Shown in pieces: positions 8,821 through 18,227 of a stretch of DNA of 64,000 nucleotides. The DNA lies in the NCBI RefSeq assembly GCF_030812675.1, contig NZ_JAUSTE010000003.1:290160-354159 (forward strand), in the 5' to 3' direction. Positions within the stretch are counted from its first letter, which is position 1. Every line of letters begins with the position of its first letter. The stretch is from Sinomonas atrocyanea (GTDB lineage Bacteria > Actinomycetota > Actinomycetes > Actinomycetales > Micrococcaceae). The position numbers and the translations under genes are program-made. A model generated the notes under the pieces. The model was given only the letters and a program-made list of their open reading frames with translations, searched no databases and was not told the DNA's origin.

Positions 8821-9570
8821 TCACATGCGGGCCCGGAGCACATCGATCTCGGCGCCCGGTGCGGCGGGATCGAAGCCATGCTCGACCAGCCACCGGACGG
8901 CCAGCAGGCTCCGCAGCGACCACGCCGCCCGGACCGCCTCGGCGTCCACGTCTCCGCCGTAGCCGGCAAGGACGTTCCCGAGGCGCTCCGGGTGGCCCAG
9001 AGTCAGGGTGGCGAGGTCGAACACCGGGTCGCCTCGGCCAGCCTCTGACCAGTCGATCACGCCCGTGATCCGCTCGCCTTCGACGAACACGTGGGTCGGC
9101 TGCAGATCTCCGTGGATGAACACTGGTGCGACCGGCCGCAGCGCCGTCTCGGCGATCTGGCGGTTCCGGGTGACGAGGGCGGCTGGGAGGATGCCCGAGC
9201 CGATGAGCAGCCGGCACTCCTCGTCGAGGCGCTCTGCGATGTCCTCCAGGCTCCGGGCCTTCCACGGCGGAGGCGGGGCCTGGTGGAGCGCCCGCACGGT
9301 CTCGCCTGCAGCTGACCACGCCGGGGCGGAGGCGAGCGAAGGCTCCCCGAGCCGGCCGAGGGCCGTTCCGGGGACGGCCCTGAGCGCCAGCACGGACGGC
9401 TGCTGCCACAGGACCTCCGGGGCCGGGATCGGCGAGAGCGCTATGGCCGCGACCTCGGTGTCGAGGTGCGCCTGGTCGGCGTCGATCTTCAGGAACACGT
9501 CGCCGACCCTCACGGTGGCGCGGGCCTGATGGGCGACGACGACTTCGACGTTCTCCATGCGCGCCATCAT
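8821..9570 (-). CDS. phosphotransferase-family protein (APH / choline-kinase fold)
   Basis: VFIHGDLQPTHVFV and VIDWSEAGRGDPVFD are the Brenner and DxD-type motifs of aminoglycoside-phosphotransferase-like kinases. This is the 3' part of a long antisense ORF and is the only plausible coding segment of it. Confidence 0.7.
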   Translation of the reverse strand: MMARMENVEVVVAHQARATVRVGDVFLKIDADQAHLDTEVAAIALSPIPAPEVLWQQPSVLALRAVPGTALGRLGEPSLASAPAWSAAGETVRALHQAPPPPWKARSLEDIAERLDEECRLLIGSGILPAALVTRNRQIAETALRPVAPVFIHGDLQPTHVFVEGERITGVIDWSEAGRGDPVFDLATLTLGHPERLGNVLAGYGGDVDAEAVRAAWSLRSLLAVRWLVEHGFDPAAPGAEIDVLRARM

Positions 9571-9717
9571 CGCAGGGCTCCCCTCGAGCACCAGGGGGCC
9601 CGCGGCCCGACGGGGGCCAGGGGCGTCTGGGCCGTTCGACTCTGGACCACGGCACTGGCAGCGTGCAGAATCGGTGCTCCACGGAGGCGAGAGGTGCGCG
9701 ACGCGAAGGGGAGCGCC

Positions 9718-10206
9718 ATGAACGGGCCCAGCGAGGAACTCCGCACCGAGGTCGAGCGGCGCATCGACTCCCTCGAGCGCGAGCTGGCCGAGGCGGACCA
9801 GAGGCTTCCCGACATCAGCGCGTGGGTCGGGGAGATCGAGGAGGACGTCGTCCGGCTGGTTACGCGGGTGCTGGAGGAATGCCGGCGCGACGTCGAGTCG
9901 GACGGGCGGCTCACCCCAGACCGCACGGCCCTGGACCGCGACGGTGCCCTGGGCGTCTATGCGGCGGTCCAGGCGTGGGCGGCCCTGGCGTCCTACGTCG
10001 TGGCCCGTGTCTACGCGCCGAGGAGCCCCTGGCACCACGGTCTGGCGACCGCCGCGACGAAGGTGGTCGCCGTCCTCGGCTCGATCGCCATCGTGCTCGC
10101 CGGCCCGCTCCGCCCCACCGCCGCAGCGCTCGGCGCGCAGTCCTCCACCATCGGCACCCAGTTCCCCTCGGCACCGCTCACCGTCAGCCTTACCTTCGCG
10201 GGCTAG
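9718..10206 (+). CDS. hypothetical protein (N-terminal coiled coil, hydrophobic C-terminus)
   Basis: ATG at 9718 is preceded by a GAAGGGGA RBS. No family recognised. Confidence 0.4.
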   Translation: MNGPSEELRTEVERRIDSLERELAEADQRLPDISAWVGEIEEDVVRLVTRVLEECRRDVESDGRLTPDRTALDRDGALGVYAAVQAWAALASYVVARVYAPRSPWHHGLATAATKVVAVLGSIAIVLAGPLRPTAAALGAQSSTIGTQFPSAPLTVSLTFAG

Positions 10207-10320
10207 ATGGACCCGCTCGTGGTGTGCGAGCCGGCTTGAGGACGTGCGCCTGCGGGCGGTTTGGGGACGCCGTGGGCCGGGAACGCACTGGGGGTACCAC
10301 CGGAACACACAGTTGGAGGC

Positions 10321-10626
10321 ATGGCGATGACTGAGGAAAAGCCCGAGGCCGATGCATTCGAGCAGGCCCTTCCGGCGGAGCCCGCGGCGCAGGCCGATCC
10401 TGTCGGCAGCCCGCCGGTGGAGGCACCGGAGGCTGACTACGCCGAGCAGCACGCCCCGGTCCTCCCGTCCGAGGAGGCGTCCCGGCCCCGCATGGACGCC
10501 GAGGCCTCGGAGGCTGACCTGCTGGAGCAGGCCGAGGGGATTCCGGGCAGCGACGAGGACTACCCGGCCGGAGCCGAGGAAGAGGGGTACCCCTCCGCCG
10601 GAGAAGACGAGGGACCGGAAGAGTAG
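10321..10626 (+). CDS. highly acidic low-complexity hypothetical protein
   Basis: MAMTEEKPEADAFEQ...DEDYPAGAEEEGYPSAGEDEGPEE has extreme Asp/Glu content. Confidence 0.3.
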   Translation: MAMTEEKPEADAFEQALPAEPAAQADPVGSPPVEAPEADYAEQHAPVLPSEEASRPRMDAEASEADLLEQAEGIPGSDEDYPAGAEEEGYPSAGEDEGPEE

Positions 10627-10643
10627 ACGGGGAAGGGGCCGGC

Positions 10644-10883
10644 CTAGGGGGCGAGCCGGTCCCCGCCCGTCTCGCCGGTGCGCCGGCGGTCCCTGGCTGC
10701 CTCGTCCGCACTGTCCTTCGCGTGGGCCTTGAGGTCCGCGACCGTGTCCTTCAGGCCGCCCTTGGCCTGGTCCATCTTGCCCTTGACCACCTTCGAACGG
10801 TCGTTGGTGGCCCTGCCCACCGCTTCTTCGACCTTGCCCTTGAGCTTGTCTGCGGCGGCGTCGAACTTGTCCTCGAGTCCCAT
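10644..10883 (-). CDS. CsbD-family general stress protein
   Basis: MGLEDKFDAAADKLKGKVEEAVGRATNDRSKVVKGKMDQAKGGLKDTVADLK is a CsbD repeat. A GGAGGA RBS sits 6 nt upstream. Confidence 0.7.
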   Translation of the reverse strand: MGLEDKFDAAADKLKGKVEEAVGRATNDRSKVVKGKMDQAKGGLKDTVADLKAHAKDSADEAARDRRRTGETGGDRLAP

Positions 10884-11007
10884 GGCAGATCCTCCTGACG
10901 GTGTGGATGGGAATGACGCTACTCCGCGTCCGCGGAACCGGCCAGAGCCCCTTACCGCGCCGCGCCGCCTGCCGATAGTGAAGGGCGTGACTGCGCAGGA
11001 CCTCGGC

Positions 11008-11982
11008 ATGCCCCAGGCCAAAACCGCCGAGCCGTACGACTTCCGGCGTCCCACCACTCTCGCGCGCGAGCACAGCCGCATCCTCGAGGCGGCCTTCGAC
11101 TCGTTCGCCCGCCAGTGGGGCACCCAGCTGACCGCGAAGGTCCGCACCAAGTCCACGGTCACCACCGAGTCCCTCCTGGTGCAGACCTATGACGAGTACG
11201 TCGCCTCCCTCGTCCCCGTGACCACGATGGTCCGCTGCGTCCTCGGCGAGCACCCGGCCAAGATGGTCGTCCAGTTCCCCACCCCGGCCGCCCTCGGCTG
11301 GGTGGCCCGGATGCTCGGGGGCCACGTGGACACGGCCGGCCTCGAACGCAAATTCACCCCCCTCGAGCACGCGCTGGTGAAGAACCTCGTGGACGAGGCG
11401 CTCGACGTCCTCGCCTACTCGCTCGGCCCGCTCCTGCCCGCCACGGCCAGGGTCGAGTCCATCCAGCACAACTCCCAGTTCGCCCAGGCGGCAGCGACCG
11501 CGGACCTCATGGTGGTCGTCGCGTTCACCGTCCGGGTAGGGGAGTCGGCCACCGCGGTGACGGTCGCGATCCCCGCCGACGCGCTGCTGCCGCAGCTGGG
11601 CGCCGTGAACCCGGTGGCCAGCGCCGAGGACGCCCCCCAGCTGGTGCGCCGCCAGCTCGCCGAGGTGCCCGTCGAGGTCGCCATCCGGCTCGCGGAGGCG
11701 ACCATCACTCCGGAACAGGTCCTCGCCCTCGCCGTCGGCGACACCATCTCGCTGCCCCACCACGAACGCGAGCCGTTCCGCGTGAGCGTGGGTGGGCGGG
11801 ACCTCGCCCAGGCGATGGTGGTCCGCAGCGGGTCCCGGGCCGCGGCCCGCATCGTCGCGCTCACCGCGCCACCGCCCGACGCCGCGCCCCAGAGGCCGGC
11901 CGCTGTGCCCGCCTCGCACCCTGCCACACCCCACCCCCCGGCATCCCACCCCGCCGTCGCCATCAAGGAGTACCGCCCGTGA
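11008..11982 (+). CDS. fliM: flagellar motor switch protein FliM
   Basis: EPYDFRRPTTLAREHSRILEAAFDSFARQWGTQL matches the FliM N-terminal core. ATG at 11008 is chosen for its AGGA RBS. An upstream ATG at 10882 shares an NcoI-type palindrome with the csbD start on the opposite strand. Confidence 0.7.
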   Translation: MPQAKTAEPYDFRRPTTLAREHSRILEAAFDSFARQWGTQLTAKVRTKSTVTTESLLVQTYDEYVASLVPVTTMVRCVLGEHPAKMVVQFPTPAALGWVARMLGGHVDTAGLERKFTPLEHALVKNLVDEALDVLAYSLGPLLPATARVESIQHNSQFAQAAATADLMVVVAFTVRVGESATAVTVAIPADALLPQLGAVNPVASAEDAPQLVRRQLAEVPVEVAIRLAEATITPEQVLALAVGDTISLPHHEREPFRVSVGGRDLAQAMVVRSGSRAAARIVALTAPPPDAAPQRPAAVPASHPATPHPPASHPAVAIKEYRP

Positions 11983-12668
11983 GCACCCCGGCCCGCACCG
12001 CCTCTGCCGCCGAGCAGCTCGCGGCCGCCCTCCCCGTCCCGGGCCTGCGCGTCTCCGGACCGGCCGCAGGGGTTCCCGCCCCCGTGGCAGCCGTGGTCTC
12101 GGCCTCCCTCATCGGGCCCGCCACGGCGGAGATCGCGCTCGGCCTCGTGGACACCGGCTTCGTCGCCGAGGCGGGCGGCGGGCCGGCCGCGCGCACGACG
12201 GCGGTGCTCCGGCCCGCGCTCGAACGCGCCGCCGCGGCGCTCGGCGACGGAGTCCTGTCCGAGCTCGTCGAGGGAGACCCGGCAGGGCTCCTCACCGGCG
12301 GACCCGACGCCGACGGCGTCGCGGTATACGAGATCTCCGACGGCGCAGCCCCCTTCGGCTGGTTCGCCGTGCGGCTCGCGGACGAGGCCTGGCAGGCCGA
12401 GGACCCCGGGACGTTCGCAGACCGGCTCGGGCGCATCCAGGACGTGGAGATGGCGCTGACGGTGGAGATCGGCCGCACCCGCATGAGCATCCGCGAGGCC
12501 CTCGCCATGGAACCGGGCAAGGTCATCGAGCTCGACCGCTCGGCCGGGGCGCCCGTGGACGTGCTCCTCAACGGGCGCCGGATCGCGCTCGGCGAGGTCG
12601 TCGTCGTCGACCAGGACTACGCCGTGCGCATCTCGCGGATCCTCGACACCGCCGAGGCCCAGCGCTGA
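11979..12668 (+). CDS. fliN: flagellar motor switch protein FliN/FliY
   Basis: C-terminal SpoA domain LTVEIGRTRMSIREALAMEPGKVIELDRSAGAPVDVLLNGRRIALGEVVVVDQDYAVRI. The GTG start overlaps the fliM stop. Confidence 0.8.
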   Translation: MSTPARTASAAEQLAAALPVPGLRVSGPAAGVPAPVAAVVSASLIGPATAEIALGLVDTGFVAEAGGGPAARTTAVLRPALERAAAALGDGVLSELVEGDPAGLLTGGPDADGVAVYEISDGAAPFGWFAVRLADEAWQAEDPGTFADRLGRIQDVEMALTVEIGRTRMSIREALAMEPGKVIELDRSAGAPVDVLLNGRRIALGEVVVVDQDYAVRISRILDTAEAQR

Positions 12669-13112
12669 ATGGACTCGCTCATGCTGGGCCTGCGGGTCCT
12701 CGTCTCGCTCGGCGCCGTGCTGGGGGTCATGTGGCTCCTGTACCGGCGCCTGCGCCGCGGGCCGGCGGCGGCCAAGGGCAGGCCACTGAGCGTCGTCTCC
12801 CGGCAGAGCGTCGGGCCCAAGGCCTCCGTGGTGCTCGTGGACACGGACGGGAAGCGGTTCATGCTCGGCGTCACCGAGCACGGCATCAGCGTCCTGCACA
12901 CTGCCGAGGCCCCGGCCCCGGAACCCGTCGAGGCTGAGGCACCCGCCGCCGCGACCCGCCGCGCGGCCCGCCACGCGGCGTCGTTCGACGCCGAGCTGGC
13001 AGCCCAGCAGGGACGGCTCGCTGAGCAGCCGGCACCGCTGGCCGGCTCCATCCTCGATCCCGGCACGTGGCGGCTCGCAGCCGGCGCGCTGCGCGCCGGG
13101 CGGCGGCCGTGA
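12669..13112 (+). CDS. fliO: flagellar biosynthesis protein FliO-like
   Basis: 147 aa with an N-terminal TM and VVLVDTDGKRFMLGVTEHGISVL, positioned between fliN and fliP. Confidence 0.55.
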   Translation: MDSLMLGLRVLVSLGAVLGVMWLLYRRLRRGPAAAKGRPLSVVSRQSVGPKASVVLVDTDGKRFMLGVTEHGISVLHTAEAPAPEPVEAEAPAAATRRAARHAASFDAELAAQQGRLAEQPAPLAGSILDPGTWRLAAGALRAGRRP

Positions 13113-13987
13113 CCCTCTCGCTGGACACAGGGAGGGCGCGGGTGCCCGCGTGGGTGCCCCACGCCGTCGTGCTCCTCGCCCTCGCGGCCCTCGCCGCGTT
13201 CGCGCTCCTCCTGGCCGGGGCCGCGGCGGGCCACGCCGCCGGCCTGCCGCTCGAGCCCACCGCCCCGGCTGGCCCCGGCGACCCGACCGCCCCGGCCGCC
13301 CCCGGCGGCAGCGGCGGACTGACCCTGCAGATCAACACGCCGGACAACGCGCCGTCCTCCGCGGTCGTGACCCTCATCGGCATCACGCTGCTCTCGGTCG
13401 CGCCCGCGCTGCTGCTCATGATGTCCTCGTTCACCAAGATCTTCGTGGTCCTGGCGATGACCCGGAACGCGCTCGGGCTCGCGTCCGTGCCGCCCAACCA
13501 GGTCCTCGCCGGCCTGGCCCTGTTCCTGTCCCTATTCATCATGTGGCCGGTGGTCAGCGACATCAACAACCTCGCCGTCCAGCCCTACCTCGGCGGCCAC
13601 CTCGACTTCGGCCACGCGTTCACGGCGGCCAGCGGGCCGCTGTCCAAGTTCATGGTCGCGCACACGCGCCAGGAGGACATCGCCCTCATGACCCGGGCAG
13701 CCGGGCTCGAGAACCCCGCCAGCCCCGCGGCCACCCCGCTGCAGACCCTCATCCCCGCGTTCATGATCTCGGAGCTGCGCTCGGCGTTCATCATCGGGTT
13801 CGTCATCTTCATCCCGTTCCTCATCATCGACCTCGTGGTCTCCGCCGCGCTCATGTCGATGGGCATGATGATGCTCCCGCCGGTGATGATCTCGCTGCCG
13901 TTCAAGATCCTGCTGTTCGTCCTCGTGGACGGCTGGGGGCTCATCATCACCGCGCTCATCCAGAGCTACCACGGAGGTCCCTCGTGA
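13109..13987 (+). CDS. fliP: flagellar export apparatus protein FliP
   Basis: Signal peptide followed by LLMMSSFTKIFVVLAMTRNALG and FMISELRSAFIIGFVIFIPFLIIDLVVS, both FliP signatures. Confidence 0.85.
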   Translation: MTLSLDTGRARVPAWVPHAVVLLALAALAAFALLLAGAAAGHAAGLPLEPTAPAGPGDPTAPAAPGGSGGLTLQINTPDNAPSSAVVTLIGITLLSVAPALLLMMSSFTKIFVVLAMTRNALGLASVPPNQVLAGLALFLSLFIMWPVVSDINNLAVQPYLGGHLDFGHAFTAASGPLSKFMVAHTRQEDIALMTRAAGLENPASPAATPLQTLIPAFMISELRSAFIIGFVIFIPFLIIDLVVSAALMSMGMMMLPPVMISLPFKILLFVLVDGWGLIITALIQSYHGGPS

Positions 13988-14259
13988 ACACCTCCGCGGT
14001 CCTCGACATCCTGCTCCAGGGCCTCCTCGCGGCGGCGAAGCTCTCCGCCCCGGTCCTCGTGACGGCCCTCGTGGTCGGGCTCGCGGTCTCCCTCGTGCAG
14101 TCGATCACCCAGCTGCAGGAGGCCACCCTCTCGTTTGTGCCCAAGGCCGTGGCCGTGGCCGTGGCCCTCGTGGTCTGCGGGCACTGGATGATCTCCGAGA
14201 TGGTCTCCTTCACCAACGACCTCTTCGCCAGGATCCCCTCCCTCCTCGGATCGGCGTGA
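13984..14259 (+). CDS. fliQ: flagellar export apparatus protein FliQ
   Basis: 91 aa, two TM helices. The GTG start overlaps the fliP stop. Confidence 0.8.
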   Translation: MNTSAVLDILLQGLLAAAKLSAPVLVTALVVGLAVSLVQSITQLQEATLSFVPKAVAVAVALVVCGHWMISEMVSFTNDLFARIPSLLGSA

Positions 14260-14266
14260 GGGCCGC

Positions 14267-15025
14267 ATGGACATCCCCATCGACCAGGGCTGGATCGAGG
14301 CCGTCATGCTCGCCGCGGTCCGCATGACGGCATTCCTCTTCATCGCGCCCCCGTTCTCCCACAACGCGTTCCCGGCCCGCATCAAGGCCATGCTCGGCGT
14401 GGGGCTCGGGCTCGCCGTGTCCTCCCGCGCGGCCGCCGGGCGGCAGCCGCTCGACACGGCCGGCTTCGTCACCGGACTCGTCCTCGAACTCGTCACCGGC
14501 CTCGCCCTCGGCTTCCTCGTCTACCTCGTGTTCGCCGCGCTCCAGGCTGCAGGCTCCCTCATCGACCTCTCCGGCGGGTTCCAGCTCGCGCAGGGCTACG
14601 ACCCGCAGAGCATGGTCAATGGGGCCCAGTTCACCCGGCTCGTGCAGATGGCGGCCCTCGCGCTCCTGTTCTCCTCGGACGGGTACCAGGTGGTCCTCGC
14701 GGGCCTGACCGGCAGCGTCACTGCCATCCCGCTCGGCGGCGGCCTCGATCTGGCCAAGCCGGTGGCGGCCATGGCCACCGCGGCGACCGGCATGTTCGTC
14801 TCCGCCGTCCAGATCGCCGGTCCGCTCATGGCCGTCCTCTTCCTCGCCGACGTGGGGCTCGGCCTCCTCACCCGCGTCGCCCCCGCCCTCAACGCGTTCC
14901 AGATGGGCTTCCCGCTCAAGGTCCTCATCACGCTCGGCCTTGCCGGCGTCATGTTCCTCGCCCTGCCCCGGGTCGTCGCCGCGCTCGCCCAGCAGGCCGC
15001 CTCCCTCCTGATGGGGGTGAGGTGA
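14267..15025 (+). CDS. fliR: flagellar export apparatus protein FliR
   Basis: 252-aa polytopic protein positioned between fliQ and flhB. Confidence 0.8.
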   Translation: MDIPIDQGWIEAVMLAAVRMTAFLFIAPPFSHNAFPARIKAMLGVGLGLAVSSRAAAGRQPLDTAGFVTGLVLELVTGLALGFLVYLVFAALQAAGSLIDLSGGFQLAQGYDPQSMVNGAQFTRLVQMAALALLFSSDGYQVVLAGLTGSVTAIPLGGGLDLAKPVAAMATAATGMFVSAVQIAGPLMAVLFLADVGLGLLTRVAPALNAFQMGFPLKVLITLGLAGVMFLALPRVVAALAQQAASLLMGVR

Positions 15026-16194
15026 TGGCGGACTCCCAGGAGCGCACCGAGAAGGCCACCGACAAGCGCCTGCGCGAGGTCCGGTCCAAGGGCCAGCTCT
15101 CCCGCTCGCAGGACCTCACCGCGTGGCTCGCCGTCGGCGTCGGGGCCATCATGCTCCCCTCCACCGTCTCCCGCGCCGCGGACGCCGGCGCCGCCCAGCT
15201 GTTCACCGCCGCCTCCGTCGCGGCGAGCCCGGATCCCGCCAAGGCGGTCGCGGCGCTCACCGACGGGTTCGGCTCCCTCGCCGGCACCGTCGGGCCGCTC
15301 GTCGCGGCGGTCTTCGCCGCGGTCCTCGCCGGCTCGGCCCTGCAGGGCGGCGTGCACGTGAAGCGGTTCAAGGCCTCGTTCGAGAACTTCAACGCCGCCC
15401 AGGGGCTCAAGCGCATGTTCGGCGTCCAGGCCCTCTGGGGCGGTGTGAAGGCCCTCGCGAAGACCGCCGTGGTGGGGCTCGTGCTGTGGAACGTGGTGCA
15501 GGGCCTCGTGCCCGTCCTGCTCTCCGCCGGGGGACTCCCGATCACGGGCCTGCTGGCCGAAGCGGGCAACGGCGCGGCATCGCTGCTGCAGTTCGCGGTC
15601 GCGGCGGGCGTCCTGCTCGCCATCGCGGACGTCGCGGTCGTGATGCGCCGCAACCGCACCAAGACCCGGATGACCAAGCGGGAGGTCAAGGAGGAGGCGA
15701 AGACGAGCGAGGGCGACCCGCTCGTCCGCTCCCAGCGACGTTCCCGGCAGCTGGCGATGTCCCGCAACCGCATGATCGCCGCCGTGGCGAGTGCCGACGT
15801 CGTCCTCGTCAACCCGACCCACGTGGCCGTGGCCCTGCGCTACGAGCCCGGCAAGTCCGCCCCGCGCATCGTCGCCAAGGGCGCCGGGACCGTGGCCGCC
15901 CGCATCCGCGAGGAGGCCGAGAAGGAGCGCGTCCCCATGGTCCGCGACGTCCCGCTCGCCCGGGCCCTGCACGGCGCGTGCGAGCTCGGGCAGGAGATCC
16001 CGCTCGAGTTCTACACCGCCGTCGCCGGCGTCCTCGCGTTCGTCATGGCCCTCAAGGCCCGCGGCGCGGCGGCCGGCGTCCACACCGTCCCGCAGCGGCC
16101 GGCGGTGCTTGCGGGGCGCTCGGCGCTTGGTGTCCCGCCCGCGCTTGCTGTCCCGCCCGCCCCGCCCGTTCCCACCCGAGGAGCCCCGCTGTGA
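15022..16194 (+). CDS. flhB: flagellar export apparatus protein FlhB
   Basis: NPTHVAVAL autocleavage motif plus N-terminal TM helices. The start overlaps the fliR stop (ATGA). Confidence 0.85.
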   Translation: MMADSQERTEKATDKRLREVRSKGQLSRSQDLTAWLAVGVGAIMLPSTVSRAADAGAAQLFTAASVAASPDPAKAVAALTDGFGSLAGTVGPLVAAVFAAVLAGSALQGGVHVKRFKASFENFNAAQGLKRMFGVQALWGGVKALAKTAVVGLVLWNVVQGLVPVLLSAGGLPITGLLAEAGNGAASLLQFAVAAGVLLAIADVAVVMRRNRTKTRMTKREVKEEAKTSEGDPLVRSQRRSRQLAMSRNRMIAAVASADVVLVNPTHVAVALRYEPGKSAPRIVAKGAGTVAARIREEAEKERVPMVRDVPLARALHGACELGQEIPLEFYTAVAGVLAFVMALKARGAAAGVHTVPQRPAVLAGRSALGVPPALAVPPAPPVPTRGAPL

Positions 16195-18227
16195 ACCGCA
16201 CCCTCTCCCGGCTCGCCGTGCCGATCGGGATCGTCGGCATCGTCCTGCTCCTCGTGGTGCCCGTCCCGGCGCCGCTGCTCGACGTCCTGATCGTGTGCAA
16301 CATCCTGCTCGCGCTGGTCATCCTGCTGACGAGCATGTTCGTGAAGAAGCCGCTCGACTTCTCGGTGTTCCCCTCCCTGCTGCTCGTCGCGACCCTGTTC
16401 CGGCTCGGCCTCAACGTCGCCTCCACGCGCCTCGTGCTCGGGCAGGGCTTCGCGGGCCAGGTCATCGCCGCGTTCGGCAAGGTCACCGTGGGCGGGTCCC
16501 TCATCATCGGCGCGGTCGTGTTCGTGATCCTCGTGGTCATCCAGTTCGTCGTGGTCACCAAGGGCGCCGAGCGTGTGGCCGAGGTCGGGGCCCGGTTCAC
16601 GCTCGATGCCATGCCGGGCAAGCAGATGGCCATCGACGCCGACCTCAATGCCGGGCTCATCACCGACGTCGTGGCCCGCCAGCGGCGCGCGGAGGTCTCC
16701 GCCGAGGCCGACTTCTACGGCGCCATGGACGGCGCGTCGAAGTTCGTCAAGGGAGACGCGATCGCCGGGATCGTGATCATCGTGGTGAACATCGTCGGCG
16801 GCATCGGCGTGGGCATGGCCCAGCGCGGCCTGTCCCTCGGCGACGCCGTGGGGACCTACAGCCTCCTGACCATGGGCGACGGGCTCGTCACCCAGATCCC
16901 CGCCCTGCTCATGGCCGTCTCGACGGGCATGATCGTCACCCGCTCCAATGCCGAGGCGGACCTCGGCCAGGCCGCGTCGAAGCAGCTCTCCCAGTCCCGC
17001 AACGCCCTGCTCATCGCGGGCTGCGCCGCCGTGGTCATGGCGCTCATCCCGGGCATGCCGCCGCTGCCCTTCCTCGGCGTCGGCGCCGTCCTCATCCTCG
17101 CCTCGCGCCGGGTGAAGCCCGCGGACGACGCCGCTGCTGCCGCCGCCTCCGCGGACGCCGCACCGGAGCCGGACCCGAACCAGCTGCTCCTCGAGCAGAT
17201 GCGTGTCCATCCGCTCGAGATCCTGCTCGCCCCGGACCTCGTGGACCTCGTGGGCGGCTCGCCGGACGACCTGCTGGCCCGGGTCAAGTCGCTGCGGCAC
17301 AAGGTCGCCATGGACCTCGGCGTCGTCATCCCCGCCGTGCGCACCCGCGACAGCGTCGAGCTCCCTCCGGCCACTTACGCCATCCGGGTCGCCGGCGTCG
17401 AGGCCGGGCGCGGCACCGCCCCCACCGGCAGGCTCCTCGCGCTCGGCGACTTCCTCGACGCGCTGCCCGGGACCGCCATCGTCGAGCCCGTCTTCGGCCT
17501 CGCCGGCAAGTGGATCCCCGCGGAGATGCGCCACAGCGCCGAGATGACCGGTGCCACCGTCATCGACCGCGTGAGCGTGCTCGTCACCCACCTGTCCTCG
17601 ATCGTGACCGCCAACGCCGCCCGCCTCCTCTCGCGCGAGGACGTCCGGGTGCTCACCGAGGGGGTACGGGCCACGAGCCCGGCGGCGGTCGAGGAGCTCA
17701 CCCCGGCGCTGCTGACCCTCGGCGAGCTCCACCGCGTGCTCCAGGGCCTCCTGTCCGAGCAGGTGCCCATCAACGACCTCACCCGCATCTACGAGGCCCT
17801 CGCGCTGCGGGCCAAGGCCTCCGCCGATCCCGAAGGCCTCATCGAGGCGGCGCGGCTGGCCCTCGGGCCGGCCCTCGTCGCGCGGTTCGCCGAGAACGGC
17901 AGGCTCTCCGTCATCACCGTGGAGCCGGTGCTCGAGCAGACCCTCGTCCAGGACCTGCGCCCAGGGGAGACCGGGACCCAGCTCGTGATGGACCCCGGCA
18001 AGCTCGACGCGATCTTGACCTCGCTCAGTTCCGCCGTGGCCGCCGCCGAGTCCGCCGGCAGGGCCGCGGTGCTCGTGTGCGCGCCGATGCTGAGGCCGGC
18101 GCTGCGCCGGCTCGTGCCCCACCCGCCCGCCGGCGTCCCGGTGCTCTCCTACGCTGAGGTGACGTCCGCGGAGCTGGCTATCGAGACGATCGGGGTGGTG
18201 CGCCTTGGCTCAGCAGTTCCAGCTTAG
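16191..18227 (+). CDS. flhA: flagellar export apparatus protein FlhA
   Basis: 678 aa. FHDxxxxMPGKQMAIDADLNAG and GDAIAGIVII are FlhA signatures. The GTG start overlaps the flhB stop. Confidence 0.9.
   Translation: MNRTLSRLAVPIGIVGIVLLLVVPVPAPLLDVLIVCNILLALVILLTSMFVKKPLDFSVFPSLLLVATLFRLGLNVASTRLVLGQGFAGQVIAAFGKVTVGGSLIIGAVVFVILVVIQFVVVTKGAERVAEVGARFTLDAMPGKQMAIDADLNAGLITDVVARQRRAEVSAEADFYGAMDGASKFVKGDAIAGIVIIVVNIVGGIGVGMAQRGLSLGDAVGTYSLLTMGDGLVTQIPALLMAVSTGMIVTRSNAEADLGQAASKQLSQSRNALLIAGCAAVVMALIPGMPPLPFLGVGAVLILASRRVKPADDAAAAAASADAAPEPDPNQLLLEQMRVHPLEILLAPDLVDLVGGSPDDLLARVKSLRHKVAMDLGVVIPAVRTRDSVELPPATYAIRVAGVEAGRGTAPTGRLLALGDFLDALPGTAIVEPVFGLAGKWIPAEMRHSAEMTGATVIDRVSVLVTHLSSIVTANAARLLSREDVRVLTEGVRATSPAAVEELTPALLTLGELHRVLQGLLSEQVPINDLTRIYEALALRAKASADPEGLIEAARLALGPALVARFAENGRLSVITVEPVLEQTLVQDLRPGETGTQLVMDPGKLDAILTSLSSAVAAAESAGRAAVLVCAPMLRPALRRLVPHPPAGVPVLSYAEVTSAELAIETIGVVRLGSAVPA

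Noticed and set aside
10321-10626. Acidic protein as the anti-sigma-28 factor FlgM
   Set aside because: Size and disorder fit, but it lacks the C-terminal amphipathic sigma-binding helices and has no basic residues. The idea rests on the flagellar neighbourhood alone.
8821-11949. 1042-aa ORF on the minus strand spanning the fliM region
   Set aside because: Only its last 250 codons (8821-9570) have protein-like composition and motifs (APH family). The rest is antisense to fliM, csbD and other genes in high-GC DNA where long spurious ORFs are expected.
15123-18227. 1034-aa ORF, and 788-aa and 703-aa overlapping ORFs, across flhB/flhA
   Set aside because: These are alternative-frame or antisense artefacts of GC-rich coding DNA. 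Only the C-terminal 678 aa from the GTG at 16191 are FlhA, and the Arg/Pro-rich translations are non-biological.
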